The translations under genes and the position numbers were made by a program. A stretch of DNA of 64,000 nucleotides from a virus (lineage: Duplodnaviria; Caudoviricetes). The notes beneath the pieces are model-generated. The model was given only the letters and a program-made list of their open reading frames with translations, had not been told where the DNA came from and searched no databases. Each line of letters opens with the position of its first letter. The first letter of the stretch is position 1. Shown in pieces: positions 16,636-26,100 of the stretch. Location of the stretch: positions 1 through 64,000 of IMG/VR virus record IMGVR_UViG_3300021400_000143. One strand, given 5' to 3'.

Positions 16636-18003
16636 ATTCTTCATGATTTCGATGCAAGCCTTCATCGCCTTTGCCCAGCGATTCTGCTTGTGTTCAAGGT
16701 GAGTGTAAAGGATGTTTGTTTCATCCACCTCCTTCTCCTGCAATACAGAGCCACGGAGCAAGTGAGCGTCATTGTTCTTGACACATTCCTGCAACTGAGC
16801 AAGGTCTGCAATCTGACGATAGCTGCAAAGCTGTAAGATTTGTGTTTCACGTGCCGCCTTGCGCAAATCGTGTGCGAACTCAACGATTTCCTTGTCACCG
16901 TTAGCGAGCTGCAACTCGATACGCTCGTCATACGTACACAACTCGAAGAAGAATCTATTCTTGAAACTGGTGTCCTGCATCTGACGTGCGGTGTACGCCA
17001 AGGTCGCACCTGTCATTCTGGTGTTACCTGCTGCCACAACCCTAAAATTAGGGTGTGCCTCGACATTGCCAATTACTGGGAAATCGAATCTCTTATTAGC
17101 GACCGCATTGTTCATAACCACGAGTGCTTCTGGCGCACTTGCATCCACTTCATCCAAGAAGAACAAACCACCATAGAAGAAAGCCTTATAAAATGCTGTT
17201 GGCACGAACTTGCCAGCCGCGTCGCCATAGCCTTTCAGCTCATGTGCGAACATGGCTTGGCTTGTTTCGTAATAGTCAAGACCGAGAGCTTCTGCAATCT
17301 GCTTTGCTTCATAGCTCTTGCCGCAACCAGCAGGACCATAGAGATACAACGGCTTGCCTGCGTTGACAAGGTTGCAATGTACCTCGAAATCCTTGCTTAC
17401 AGTGCCCTTGATTACGTTTGCAGCAGTTGGTGTCTTCACAACGAACTCGATGCGGTGCACCTTGTCCGCGATACGTTCAACTTCTTTCTGAATGAGTTTA
17501 TTCAACTCTTCACGGTCGATAGGCTGCGCTGGTGCGTTGACCTGCAAACCCTTCAATGCGTTTGCAATAGCTTGCGCTGTTGCATCAATGTTCGTGGATG
17601 GCTCAGCTACCTTTGCGCTCTTCTTCGTTGGTGCTGCCGTTGGTGTTGGTTCGCTCACGATTGGCTCTGGCTCTACTGTTGCCGTTGCAGGCTCGATAGG
17701 CTCGCTTACAGGCTCTGTAACAGGCTCGATTGGCTCTGCTGGTGTTGGTGTAGGTTCTGACAACTTTGCTGTGCGTGGTGTGCGTGGCTTGCGAGAAGTG
17801 TCAAGCACCCAACCATCACGGAGGCAGTGGGTGTCCCTGCCATCCTCCGACTTGCCAAGTGGCAAAACCATAGGATATGAATTATAAAACCTCGTACCCT
17901 TGTTTGGGCGACGTGCTTCGCTCACGATTGTGCCGTTTTCTACTGTTACATTGAGTACGTTGATAATCTCGTTCGTCTGAATGTTTCTAACCTTAATAGC
18001 CAT
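16621..18003 (-). CDS. MoxR/CbbQ-NirQ-like AAA+ ATPase with long Pro/Glu/Thr-rich N-terminal linker
   Basis: Walker A LYGPAGCGKS, Walker B FFLDEVD, HPNFRVVAAGNT, Arg-finger D.SFKNRF. Confidence 0.9.
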   Translation of the reverse strand: MAIKVRNIQTNEIINVLNVTVENGTIVSEARRPNKGTRFYNSYPMVLPLGKSEDGRDTHCLRDGWVLDTSRKPRTPRTAKLSEPTPTPAEPIEPVTEPVSEPIEPATATVEPEPIVSEPTPTAAPTKKSAKVAEPSTNIDATAQAIANALKGLQVNAPAQPIDREELNKLIQKEVERIADKVHRIEFVVKTPTAANVIKGTVSKDFEVHCNLVNAGKPLYLYGPAGCGKSYEAKQIAEALGLDYYETSQAMFAHELKGYGDAAGKFVPTAFYKAFFYGGLFFLDEVDASAPEALVVMNNAVANKRFDFPVIGNVEAHPNFRVVAAGNTRMTGATLAYTARQMQDTSFKNRFFFELCTYDERIELQLANGDKEIVEFAHDLRKAARETQILQLCSYRQIADLAQLQECVKNNDAHLLRGSVLQEKEVDETNILYTHLEHKQNRWAKAMKACIEIMKNEEVW

Positions 18004-18081
18004 AATTCTTTTTGTTTTTGTTGTTGTTAATGTTGTGAATTGTTTCTTGTTGGCTGCTTTGTGTAACGCGCAGTCGTGCGT

Positions 18082-18252
18082 TTACACCATTCTATCAAAA
18101 TTGATGTCTTCAATATCGTCCTCTGGAAATTCACCAGATGCTGCCAAATGCTCGCAAGCATCCATGAGCGCGGAGTCCATATTGTAACCGCACCCTTCTT
18201 GCGAGAATGTAACACCAGTAATGAGTGTCACAATGAATACGTATTTTTTCAT
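18082..18252 (-). CDS. 56-aa hypothetical protein
   Basis: Manual translation MKKYVFIVTLITGVTFSQEGCGYNMDSALMDACEHL...; more plausible than the track ORF 18027-18215. Confidence 0.55.
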   Translation of the reverse strand: MKKYVFIVTLITGVTFSQEGCGYNMDSALMDACEHLAASGEFPEDDIEDINFDRMV

Positions 18253-18336
18253 TTTTCAGTCCTCCATAAATAAGCGATGCACAAAAGCTGCGCACCGCAC
18301 AAAGTTAATCCTACTAACATATACGACCCTCCTGCT

Positions 18337-18555
18337 TTAGTATTCAAGGATGCACTGCTTCGTGCGCTCGTTGATGAAACGCACCTTCTTAATCTGGTCA
18401 TAATTGATTACACGACCTGCATAGCTATCCCAAGACTCGATGCCGCACTTGACAGCTTTGCGAAACTCGCTCACGAAATGAGCCATCTCTCGGTCGTTGA
18501 TGCGCAAAATCTTTGTTGCGCCAGACTTCATTGTTGCGATTGTTTTGATTGTCAT
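18337..18555 (-). CDS. Hypothetical protein
   Basis: Start trimmed to MTIKTIATMKSG after an A-rich leader. Confidence 0.65.
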   Translation of the reverse strand: MTIKTIATMKSGATKILRINDREMAHFVSEFRKAVKCGIESWDSYAGRVINYDQIKKVRFINERTKQCILEY

Positions 18556-18979
18556 TGTTGTTGAATTGTTATTGTTAATACTTATGTTTCGAGGGTTGGC
18601 GGCGTGTTGATAGTGTTTGCACACCTGCCCTGCTTAAAAGTTAATTTGTTGCGTGTGCCGTGCCCGACACCTATTTCAACTGGTTGCATCCCTTTGCCTC
18701 CTCAACGGTACATTTCGAGAAGTATTTTCATAACTTTGCAGCCAGAACACACGCAAAATATATGGATGGTCGACAAATGCCGACCGCGTTTCGTTTCGTT
18801 TGAGCTAACGTGTATTTGCTTTTTATGTGCAGATGCTTTGTGCATGTGCTTTATTAAGCAAATGACCCTGTGTATCTTTTTCCCCACATCTCACGGAACA
18901 CTTTGCAAAATTCATTTGCTTTGTGTTTGAATTTGAAATATCAGCTATTATTTGCCACAAAGATAGTCAACCAGCAAAT

Positions 18980-19445
18980 AATTACGCCGACCGTGTTTTC
19001 CTCACGCCCTGTTTACACCTTTGCGGCTGCATCCCTTATCATTAAAATACTCGCATGTGTGAAATCTTCACTTACAACTTACAATGCACGCCCTTATTGT
19101 CGTTTGCTTTCTTATTGCCGCAAAAACGTAAATTTACGCCCTGTTTGTTTTGTTCCAACATGCCAAACAAAACCGAAGTTTTGCGAGTGTTTCACTCTAA
19201 ATTTACGCCGTTTGCGTACTAAATAAAGAATTTAAGGTCGCGCGCCCTTTGCGCCTTATTGCTACCTTATTTTCGCGCCCTTTGCGCTATCCTTACCTTT
19301 CCGCGCCCTTTGTGCCCTATTTGGGCAAAGGTACATTTTAACGCCTTAAAACGCCCTTTGTTAGTGGGTGCAAAAGTTTTTGCAACCTATGCCAGCCGCG
19401 CGTTATTCACATAATAACGGCTACATTTTGCACCCTTTGCGCGTG
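18980..19445. repeat. Non-coding cluster of ACGCC / CGCGCCCTTTG repeats
   Basis: cgcgccctttg at 19241, 19274, 19302; cgccctttg at 19352; caccctttg at 19431; further (t/c)acgcc copies 18980-19210. Confidence 0.7.
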
Positions 19446-19453
19446 TTACTCGC

Positions 19454-20107
19454 TTACTTTGTGCCCTTAATTAGCGCATACTTTGCGAGTACTTCGTTAC
19501 GTGTGAATGTGTTTGCAAATTCACCAAATACGGCACTAACTGCTGCAAAAGCTTTGTTATAAATCTTTTCATCCTTAGCAGCTTTCTTTTCATCCTTTGC
19601 AGCCTGTTTTTCCGCTTTTTCACTTGCAACCAGTGTCACCTTTGCAACCTTTGCGAAAGCTGCAAAATATGCGCTAATAGTGCAGGCAATAGGTGTGAAA
19701 ATTACATTGTTTCCGTTTTCATCTTTGCACACTTCGCGCCCTTTGTTATCAACTGCAACGGCAGCAGATACGCCGCAAATATCCATGTAGTCGGTGTGTG
19801 TGACACACTCATTTTTAAGTGTTTGCATAGTGCAAAATCTACCAGCATAGTCCTTCACGAACAAATCCAAGTTAAAAGCATAGCGACCAGTGTGCAAGGA
19901 CTTCACTACCTTTGCAACCGCTGCAATGTTTTCACGCAGTAAGTTGTCGCAGTTTTCAATCTTCGAAAAGTCACCCTTTGCAGCTTTATTCAGCTGATTT
20001 ACGATAACAAACGGACTGGTGAAAATACCCTTAACTTCGTTTTTTGCATTCTTGAAAGTGGTGTTAAATTCTTTTGCACTCACTTTTGAAAAATTCTTTG
20101 TTGCCAT
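19454..20107 (-). CDS. First gene of the leftward early operon, Ala/Lys-rich hypothetical
   Basis: 217-aa ORF directly downstream of promoter 20197-20204. Confidence 0.75.
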   Translation of the reverse strand: MATKNFSKVSAKEFNTTFKNAKNEVKGIFTSPFVIVNQLNKAAKGDFSKIENCDNLLRENIAAVAKVVKSLHTGRYAFNLDLFVKDYAGRFCTMQTLKNECVTHTDYMDICGVSAAVAVDNKGREVCKDENGNNVIFTPIACTISAYFAAFAKVAKVTLVASEKAEKQAAKDEKKAAKDEKIYNKAFAAVSAVFGEFANTFTRNEVLAKYALIKGTK

Positions 20108-20196
20108 AATGTTTGAATGTTTTTAAATTGTTAATACTATATTTTATTAAATGTTTTAATAAGTTAATCAATCAGCACATTTTCAAAATCACGATG

Positions 20197-20204
20197 CAAA
20201 GGTA
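20197..20204 (-). promoter_or_regulatory. -7 promoter box for early operon
   Basis: TACCTTTG on minus strand; no clear -33 TTTG. Confidence 0.5.
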
Positions 20205-20209
20205 GTGAA

Positions 20210-20995
20210 AATTTAGTTATTATATGATATATTTAAAAAAAAGTGAGTTTTTTTTGAAATATATTTGTTTTTAGTGACAAAATACCCTATTTTGTAAAGT
20301 AGAGATTGCAATTTAACATTTTTATACATTTTTCTATGTTATTTATTTCTTATTTTGTGTATTAAATTACATATTTTTACACAAATTGCACAGTTTTGCT
20401 CTTTTTGTGCAGATTTTAAATAACATCTATTTATTTAGTGTTTTATTTACACTATCTTTTATTATATATAAGGTATATTATAAAAGTTATAACTATAAAT
20501 AAAAATAGTTATAACATAATATATATATTTTATTACTTAATTACTTAATTAGTTATATTATTATCTATTATTGTCTATATTGTAATATTAGTTATATATA
20601 TTTTTTATATGCTTATAACTTAATAATATTTAGTTATTAGTTATATGTGCAAATATACGTATAAATCAAAAAGTAGTGTAAAGATGAAAAATGAATAAAA
20701 GAGTCGTTTTTGTTAGTACGTGAAAAGATGAATAAACAAGCTATAAATAAATGTGTTTTTTTTGTTATTTTTTGGGCTGTTTTTGTTATGTATTTTTAGA
20801 TGTTCATTTGTGAAAATATAAAACGCATAAAAGCGACCCAAAAAGCGCAAAACGCTGGAGGCGGGGGGGGAGTAAAGCCCGAAAGCGGTTATATGGTGCA
20901 AACGACTCATTTTTAAAAAAATAAAATTTAAAAAAACGAAATTTTCAAAAAAGAGAAAATTTAAAAATCAAAAAAAAATAAAAAATCGAAAAAAG
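20210..20995. other. Extremely AT-rich divergent intergenic region (candidate origin / packaging site)
   Basis: About 800 nt almost free of G/C, one GGAGGCGGGGGGGG island at 20857-20870, then A-tracts. Confidence 0.6.
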
Positions 20996-21026
20996 TTTGT
21001 AGATGGTAAAAAAGTTTTTATATTTG
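20996..21026 (+). promoter_or_regulatory. Bacteroidetes promoter
   Basis: TTTG, 19-nt spacer, TATATTTG. Confidence 0.8.
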
Positions 21027-21056
21027 CATAGAATTTGAAACGTTATTAAATCAGTT

Positions 21057-21446
21057 ATGGAAATAGTATTAAGTTTAGAGCGTCTGTTGCAAGACGAGAG
21101 TTTTAGGACTAAGTCGGGTGATGTAAAGGTACGTCATTCGTTTGTTGGTAAGACGCAGGGTCAGTATCCTCGTTTAGTCAAGGTAGATATATTCAATGAT
21201 ACTGTATGGCAGGGTGTGTCTTGGAAAGTTGGTGAAACTTACGATGTCAGTTTAGATGCTGATAGTAGGGAGTACAATGGTCGTTGGTACACGTCTTTGA
21301 CTGCTTGGAGGGTTGGTTTGCATAATAGCCAGAATAGTCAGAGTGGTGGTTATGCTAATAATGGCAATAATAGTCAGCAATCTTCCGCACAGGTGTCTCA
21401 ACCTTCTTCTGGTGGTGGTAGTAGTGATGAAAATGTACCGTTTTGA
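21057..21446 (+). CDS. DUF3127-family OB-fold protein (SSB-like)
   Basis: Y.R.V..D.F...KVGE..DVSLDADSREYNGRWYTSL.AW; flexible S/G/Q tail ending DENVPF. Confidence 0.85.
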   Translation: MEIVLSLERLLQDESFRTKSGDVKVRHSFVGKTQGQYPRLVKVDIFNDTVWQGVSWKVGETYDVSLDADSREYNGRWYTSLTAWRVGLHNSQNSQSGGYANNGNNSQQSSAQVSQPSSGGGSSDENVPF

Positions 21447-21550
21447 TTGAATTGTTAAATTTGCGTTTTAAGGTGTGTTTAATCTTTGGGTGGTACAAGT
21501 TACCACAAATGCAGTTAAATTGCCTTAGAAACGCTAAAAAGTGGCAAATT

Positions 21551-21952
21551 ATGGCTGATTTCACTTTAGTGGGGTTTATAAGGGCTATAAAATACATGGA
21601 TGATTCGGTTTTGGTGTTCATAGATGAATACAAAAACGGTTATAAGAAGTCGAATGGTGAGTATGTTCAAGACAGGTATATTTCTTGGAGATGTATATTT
21701 AAGTCATATTTCAAGGGTTATATAAGCAAGCATTTTGGTAACAGGATGCTGGTTCAAGTCAAGGGAGAGGTATTTCCTTATGCGATAGAGCATGACAAGA
21801 TGGTTGAGGGTGTTTCTGTTATAGGTCAGACGATAAATGTTTTCTCTTATCCGAGGGCGTCTGCGAGCAGGGAGTTAAAAGCCATAAGAGATAGTCAGTT
21901 TCATGTTGATGGAACTCCAGATTTAGATGATTTTAAAGAAGAGGATTTTTAG
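21551..21952 (+). CDS. OB-fold/SSB-like protein
   Basis: Start trimmed to MADFTLVGFI; beta-rich; acidic tail DLDDFKEEDF. Confidence 0.55.
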   Translation: MADFTLVGFIRAIKYMDDSVLVFIDEYKNGYKKSNGEYVQDRYISWRCIFKSYFKGYISKHFGNRMLVQVKGEVFPYAIEHDKMVEGVSVIGQTINVFSYPRASASRELKAIRDSQFHVDGTPDLDDFKEEDF

Positions 21953-22018
21953 TAATTTACGTTTCATTTCATGTTGATTTAGTTAAAAGTTAGTTAGTTG
22001 GTTAGTATTTATTGACTA

Positions 22019-22063
22019 AAAAGCGGTATCGAATCTGTGATAGACTTGATACCGCGATTTTTT
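22019..22063. terminator. Bidirectional intrinsic terminator between convergent operons
   Basis: AAAA-GCGGTATC...GATACCGC-GATTTTTTT. Confidence 0.8.
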
Positions 22064-22088
22064 TGTGTTTGATGTGTTTGTGTTGTGG

Positions 22089-22574
22089 CTATTCCACTGG
22101 TCTAAGTGTATGCAAAGTTGCTGTTGCGAGGATATACGAGTTTATTCCTCTGTGTAGGTCTTCTGTTGTTGGTTCAAATCCTTTCAGACAAGTAACGTAT
22201 GCAGATTTGTTTGTGTAAGCTGATTTGATATAGAATCCTCCGTTGTTGCATATAAATGCTTTGAAAGCGTCGTATGCTTCTTGTGTGTCTATGTTATTAT
22301 TGGCTGAATAGCGAGTGCCAGCGATGAACGTGAGAGACAAGTCAACGTTTTGTCTTATCACAACATCGTTGTTTTGGTTGTCTTGTGTTGTAACCATCAT
22401 GTCTTCCACGTTGCTGTCAATCCACTGTTGTGTAAAGATGTTCACAGCGTCTCCTACGGCGTTCATACCGCTTACTTTGAGTATTTTGATACCGTCGAAC
22501 TTTGTCGTCACATCTTCCCACTGTGCTTCTTCGCTTAGTCTCACGAAGTATTTGTTTTTTAGCTCTGTGTTCAT
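22089..22574 (-). CDS. Putative distal tail protein
   Basis: Second gene after tape measure; beta-rich. Confidence 0.5.
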   Translation of the reverse strand: MNTELKNKYFVRLSEEAQWEDVTTKFDGIKILKVSGMNAVGDAVNIFTQQWIDSNVEDMMVTTQDNQNNDVVIRQNVDLSLTFIAGTRYSANNNIDTQEAYDAFKAFICNNGGFYIKSAYTNKSAYVTCLKGFEPTTEDLHRGINSYILATATLHTLRPVE

Positions 22575-23158
22575 AGTTTGAGTTGTTTGTCGAATGATTT
22601 GATATTATTGCTTAGGCAGAATTTGCCGAGATTTACAATAGATTCCTTGCTATATCTGAATACGATAGCGGAACTCTCTGTGTCAACATCTTCAAATACA
22701 ACCTTTGATTTGTCAAAGAGGTAGATGTGTGGATGATTATAACCTTCGCAAACGATATGCACTTGACTGTTGTTGCTGATATAGATAACAGGTGACTTTG
22801 TTTGTGGTATGATGATTCTAAGATTATCGCACCACATAACATGAATAACATCTTTGTCAAGTATTATGTCGTTGTCGTAGTTATAACCAGCATACAAGCC
22901 GTATGTGTAGCCATTCACGTTGTCTGCATCACGTATTGTATAACCGTTGATATAATAACCAAACGTGCTGATGATATAGTCTTTTGTAAGTCCTCTACCT
23001 TCGTATGCGTATGTAGCCACGTGCGGTATTGACTGTTGTTTCATTGCGAGTTTAACAAGCTTTTCCTTGTCGTTCTTTGAAGCCTGCCAATAGCCTTTGT
23101 ATTCATCGCAAAGACCATTGAGCAGGGATTCTTTATAGTATCTATTTAATGCGTCCAT
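22571..23158 (-). CDS. Conserved hypothetical protein following tape measure
   Basis: GLCDEY..YW N-terminus; C-terminal beta-helix-like repeats. Confidence 0.65.
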   Translation of the reverse strand: MDALNRYYKESLLNGLCDEYKGYWQASKNDKEKLVKLAMKQQSIPHVATYAYEGRGLTKDYIISTFGYYINGYTIRDADNVNGYTYGLYAGYNYDNDIILDKDVIHVMWCDNLRIIIPQTKSPVIYISNNSQVHIVCEGYNHPHIYLFDKSKVVFEDVDTESSAIVFRYSKESIVNLGKFCLSNNIKSFDKQLKL

Positions 23159-23162
23159 ATCT

Positions 23163-26100
23163 TTAAATCATTTCTACTTTAACTGCCATGCCACTTGGGT
23201 TAGACCACCCTAATAAGATATTCTGAATAGCCATCTGAACGGCATAGGATTGCTGGAGTTGCAATAACATCTGCGCTTGAATACCCATTTGTATGTCGTT
23301 ATCCATAGAAACCACAGCGTTGCGGATTTCAGTCAATAATTGGCTGTGCAAGTACACTTGCTGGCTTACTCCGTTCATATAAGCCTCCAATGCTCCTGCT
23401 GTGTCCTCGGTTATGCCCTGAATCCCTTGTTGCAAGGCAGAGAGCTGCTTGTTTGCTTCACTTGATTGCGAGATAATGTCGAGCGCGTCGAGATTACCAT
23501 AGAACTCGCCAAGTGCCGTATTGATTTGTTCTGCGGTAACACCAGCCATTTGAGCAAGTTGTCGAAGTTCGTTTATTGTTAAGGCATCACCCATTTCGCT
23601 TTCAGCACTTGTCATTCTGTCCACTTCTTTGTAGAATGGATTCAACAAGGTTTCAACTATCTTACTCGTCATAGACTTCTTGATTAAGTTGAAGATTACC
23701 TCGTCCATCTTGTCTTGTATAGCATCAAGCGTTGTTTCTCCAGCTCTCCATGCTTCAACCCATGTGTCAACAAATTCCTCGGCGGCACTCTTTACGTCGC
23801 TACCAAGCAAGTTGTTTACGATTTCTTCTTTTGCGTCTTGGATTTCTTGCTTCAAGCTTTCAATGCTATCAAGATAGTCCTGTATGCGCTCTTTCTGCTC
23901 ACGCTTATCAGAATTCTTCTTGTAGTCTTTCTGTTGTTCAAGTGCGAGCTGTCTTTCAAGTTCGGCAAGCTCTTGCTCTTTTACAGCAATAGACTCACGT
24001 TTGGCAACCGTTTCTTCCGTTCCAAGTGCTTTCTTTGCAGCGTATTCGAGTTTCTTGTAAGCCAATTCAAGTTCTTGCACTTTGAACTTGCTTTTCTCGA
24101 TTTGTCTGTCAATTTTCTTGTTGTCGTTATCAAACCAAGTGCTAATTGCTTGCCATGCACCCTTGATTACGTTCACTGTGCCACCGATATAGTCACCAGA
24201 AGCAATCTGCGACACACCTTGTCCTGCCGTTGCAATACCCTCCATCGAAGTAGCAACATCGTTGAGTATTTCAGTCGTATCTTCATCACCACCGAGAGCG
24301 TCGAAGATTTCAGCAACGGTGCGTACACCATCCGCTGCCTTTCGTGCTTCTTCGGCAATCAATTCAAGACCTTTCGCCCAATCTTTTTGTGTGTTCGTTC
24401 CTTTGTCACCAGTAAACGCATTTTTGATTTTGGCAAATGCTGATTCAGACTTCCGTATCTCTTTGAAAACATTCTTGTATTCTTTGTTTAATCGCTCTGG
24501 TGTGAGTTCTACGGTAACATCACCCTCTGTAAGCGTGTACTTACCGTTGTTGTTCAAACCTCGCTTTTTCGCTTCATCAAGAACTCTTTTGTAGTTCTTT
24601 GCAAGACGATTAACAACACCGTTACTATAATCGGTAATACTTTCAAACAACGCCTTGTAAGCAGGTAGTTCAGACAAGATTTGTTCTTTCAACTTAGAGA
24701 TTGCTTGCTCTTGGTCTTGTATTTCAAGTTCAAGTAACGCTTTTTTTTCAGCGTTCTTTTCCTTTTCGGCTTGAATTTGCAAGTTTGTAAGCTTCTTTGT
24801 TTCAATGGCAATCTTTTCGTTAATATCGCCAAGCTTGTATTGTAGTTCTTGTGTTCTTTTAAGCGTGTCTTCTCTATCTTTCTTGCGGAGATTACGGATT
24901 TCTTTTGTTTGCTTTTCGATTTCCTTATAGTCTGCTTCCGTAATTAGACCTTTTGGTTTCTCTGATTCGGCTTTGTATGCTTTCAAATCATCGTCAGTAA
25001 GTTCGATTGTAGGAAGTCTAAAGTTTTTCTTTTGCTTCTCAAATGACTTGTTAAGCGCATCGGTAACTCTTGCAGCATATTCGTCAAGGTTTTGTGGTAG
25101 TTCGTTTGGGTCGATGTCGAATATATCTGTAAAGATATTACCTAACTCTGGATTTGCATCGAGTTCTACAGCGAGTTCGTATTCATCTTTGATTTTAGAA
25201 AGTTCGTTATTTAAGCCGTCCGTAATACGCTTGTAGTCTATCTTTGTAATCTCGGTATTAAGGTTTGCAATGGCTTTTTCAAGAGCTTCTACGCCATTTG
25301 TGCTTGCTGATGCACCACTTAATTGCTCTTTATAGAAATCACGGATTTTTTGAATTGGCATTGACGCGAGTTGAGAAGACGACAGCGTTTTAATACCATA
25401 CTTTTGTAGAATGGCATTATTACGAACAATACTTTTACCGTATTCGTTTGTAGCAAGTGTAAGTGCTTCTTGTGCGTCAACACCTGCTTGCTTGTATTCC
25501 TTGAATCTCTTTTGAATATCGTTGATGTATTGAACCTCCTTGGAAATAGCTTCACCAAGTACATCTTTCTTTGATGTTTTTTCTTTGGTTTTCTTATTTA
25601 AAGACTCTAAGTCTGCACCAGCTTCTTTGGCAACTATTTGCGCTTTCTTAGCGGCTTCAATAGCTTTATCTAAGTCTTCTTTTAATCCAGTGCCTACATT
25701 TAGCTTTCTTCTTTGAACTTCAACCTCTTCAAGTTTATCTTTATAATCCTGTAGAGTTCGTTTTGCATACGACAATTCTGTGTCGTTTGTTTGAAAATCA
25801 AGTTTTACATCAATCTTGTTATTGTTAAACCAATCTTTCTGCCTTTTCTGCCATGCTTGCAAATCTTCCTCTGCACTTTGTTTTGACTCTTCTGATATTT
25901 CTATCGTTGTGCCAAATTTTCTATTTAAAATTTGTCGAGCAAACTCTTTTTCAAACTGATTCCAGTTGTGCAAAGACGCTTCTTCGTTGATTGCAGCATT
26001 TAATTTAATAGTTCGTTGTTCAACAGGTATGTTGTTTATATCTACCTCTTTTGCAACACGCATTACTTGCTGTTCAAACTTTTTTGCAGCCACACCAGAT

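Noticed and set aside
16840-17760. 306-aa plus-strand ORF and other long antisense ORFs (e.g. 23715-24443, 2275-2811)
   Set aside because: Lie opposite well-supported genes; explained by codon bias; no recognisable motifs.
12953-18629. 13-bp inverted repeat GGCAGGTGTGCAA (12953-12965 vs 18617-18629) as invertible-segment ends for the serine recombinase
   Set aside because: 13-bp matches are expected by chance in 64 kb, and all enclosed genes are co-oriented with the flanks.
20713-20910. 65-aa ORF in the AT-rich region
   Set aside because: Low-complexity, alternative start, no coding signature.
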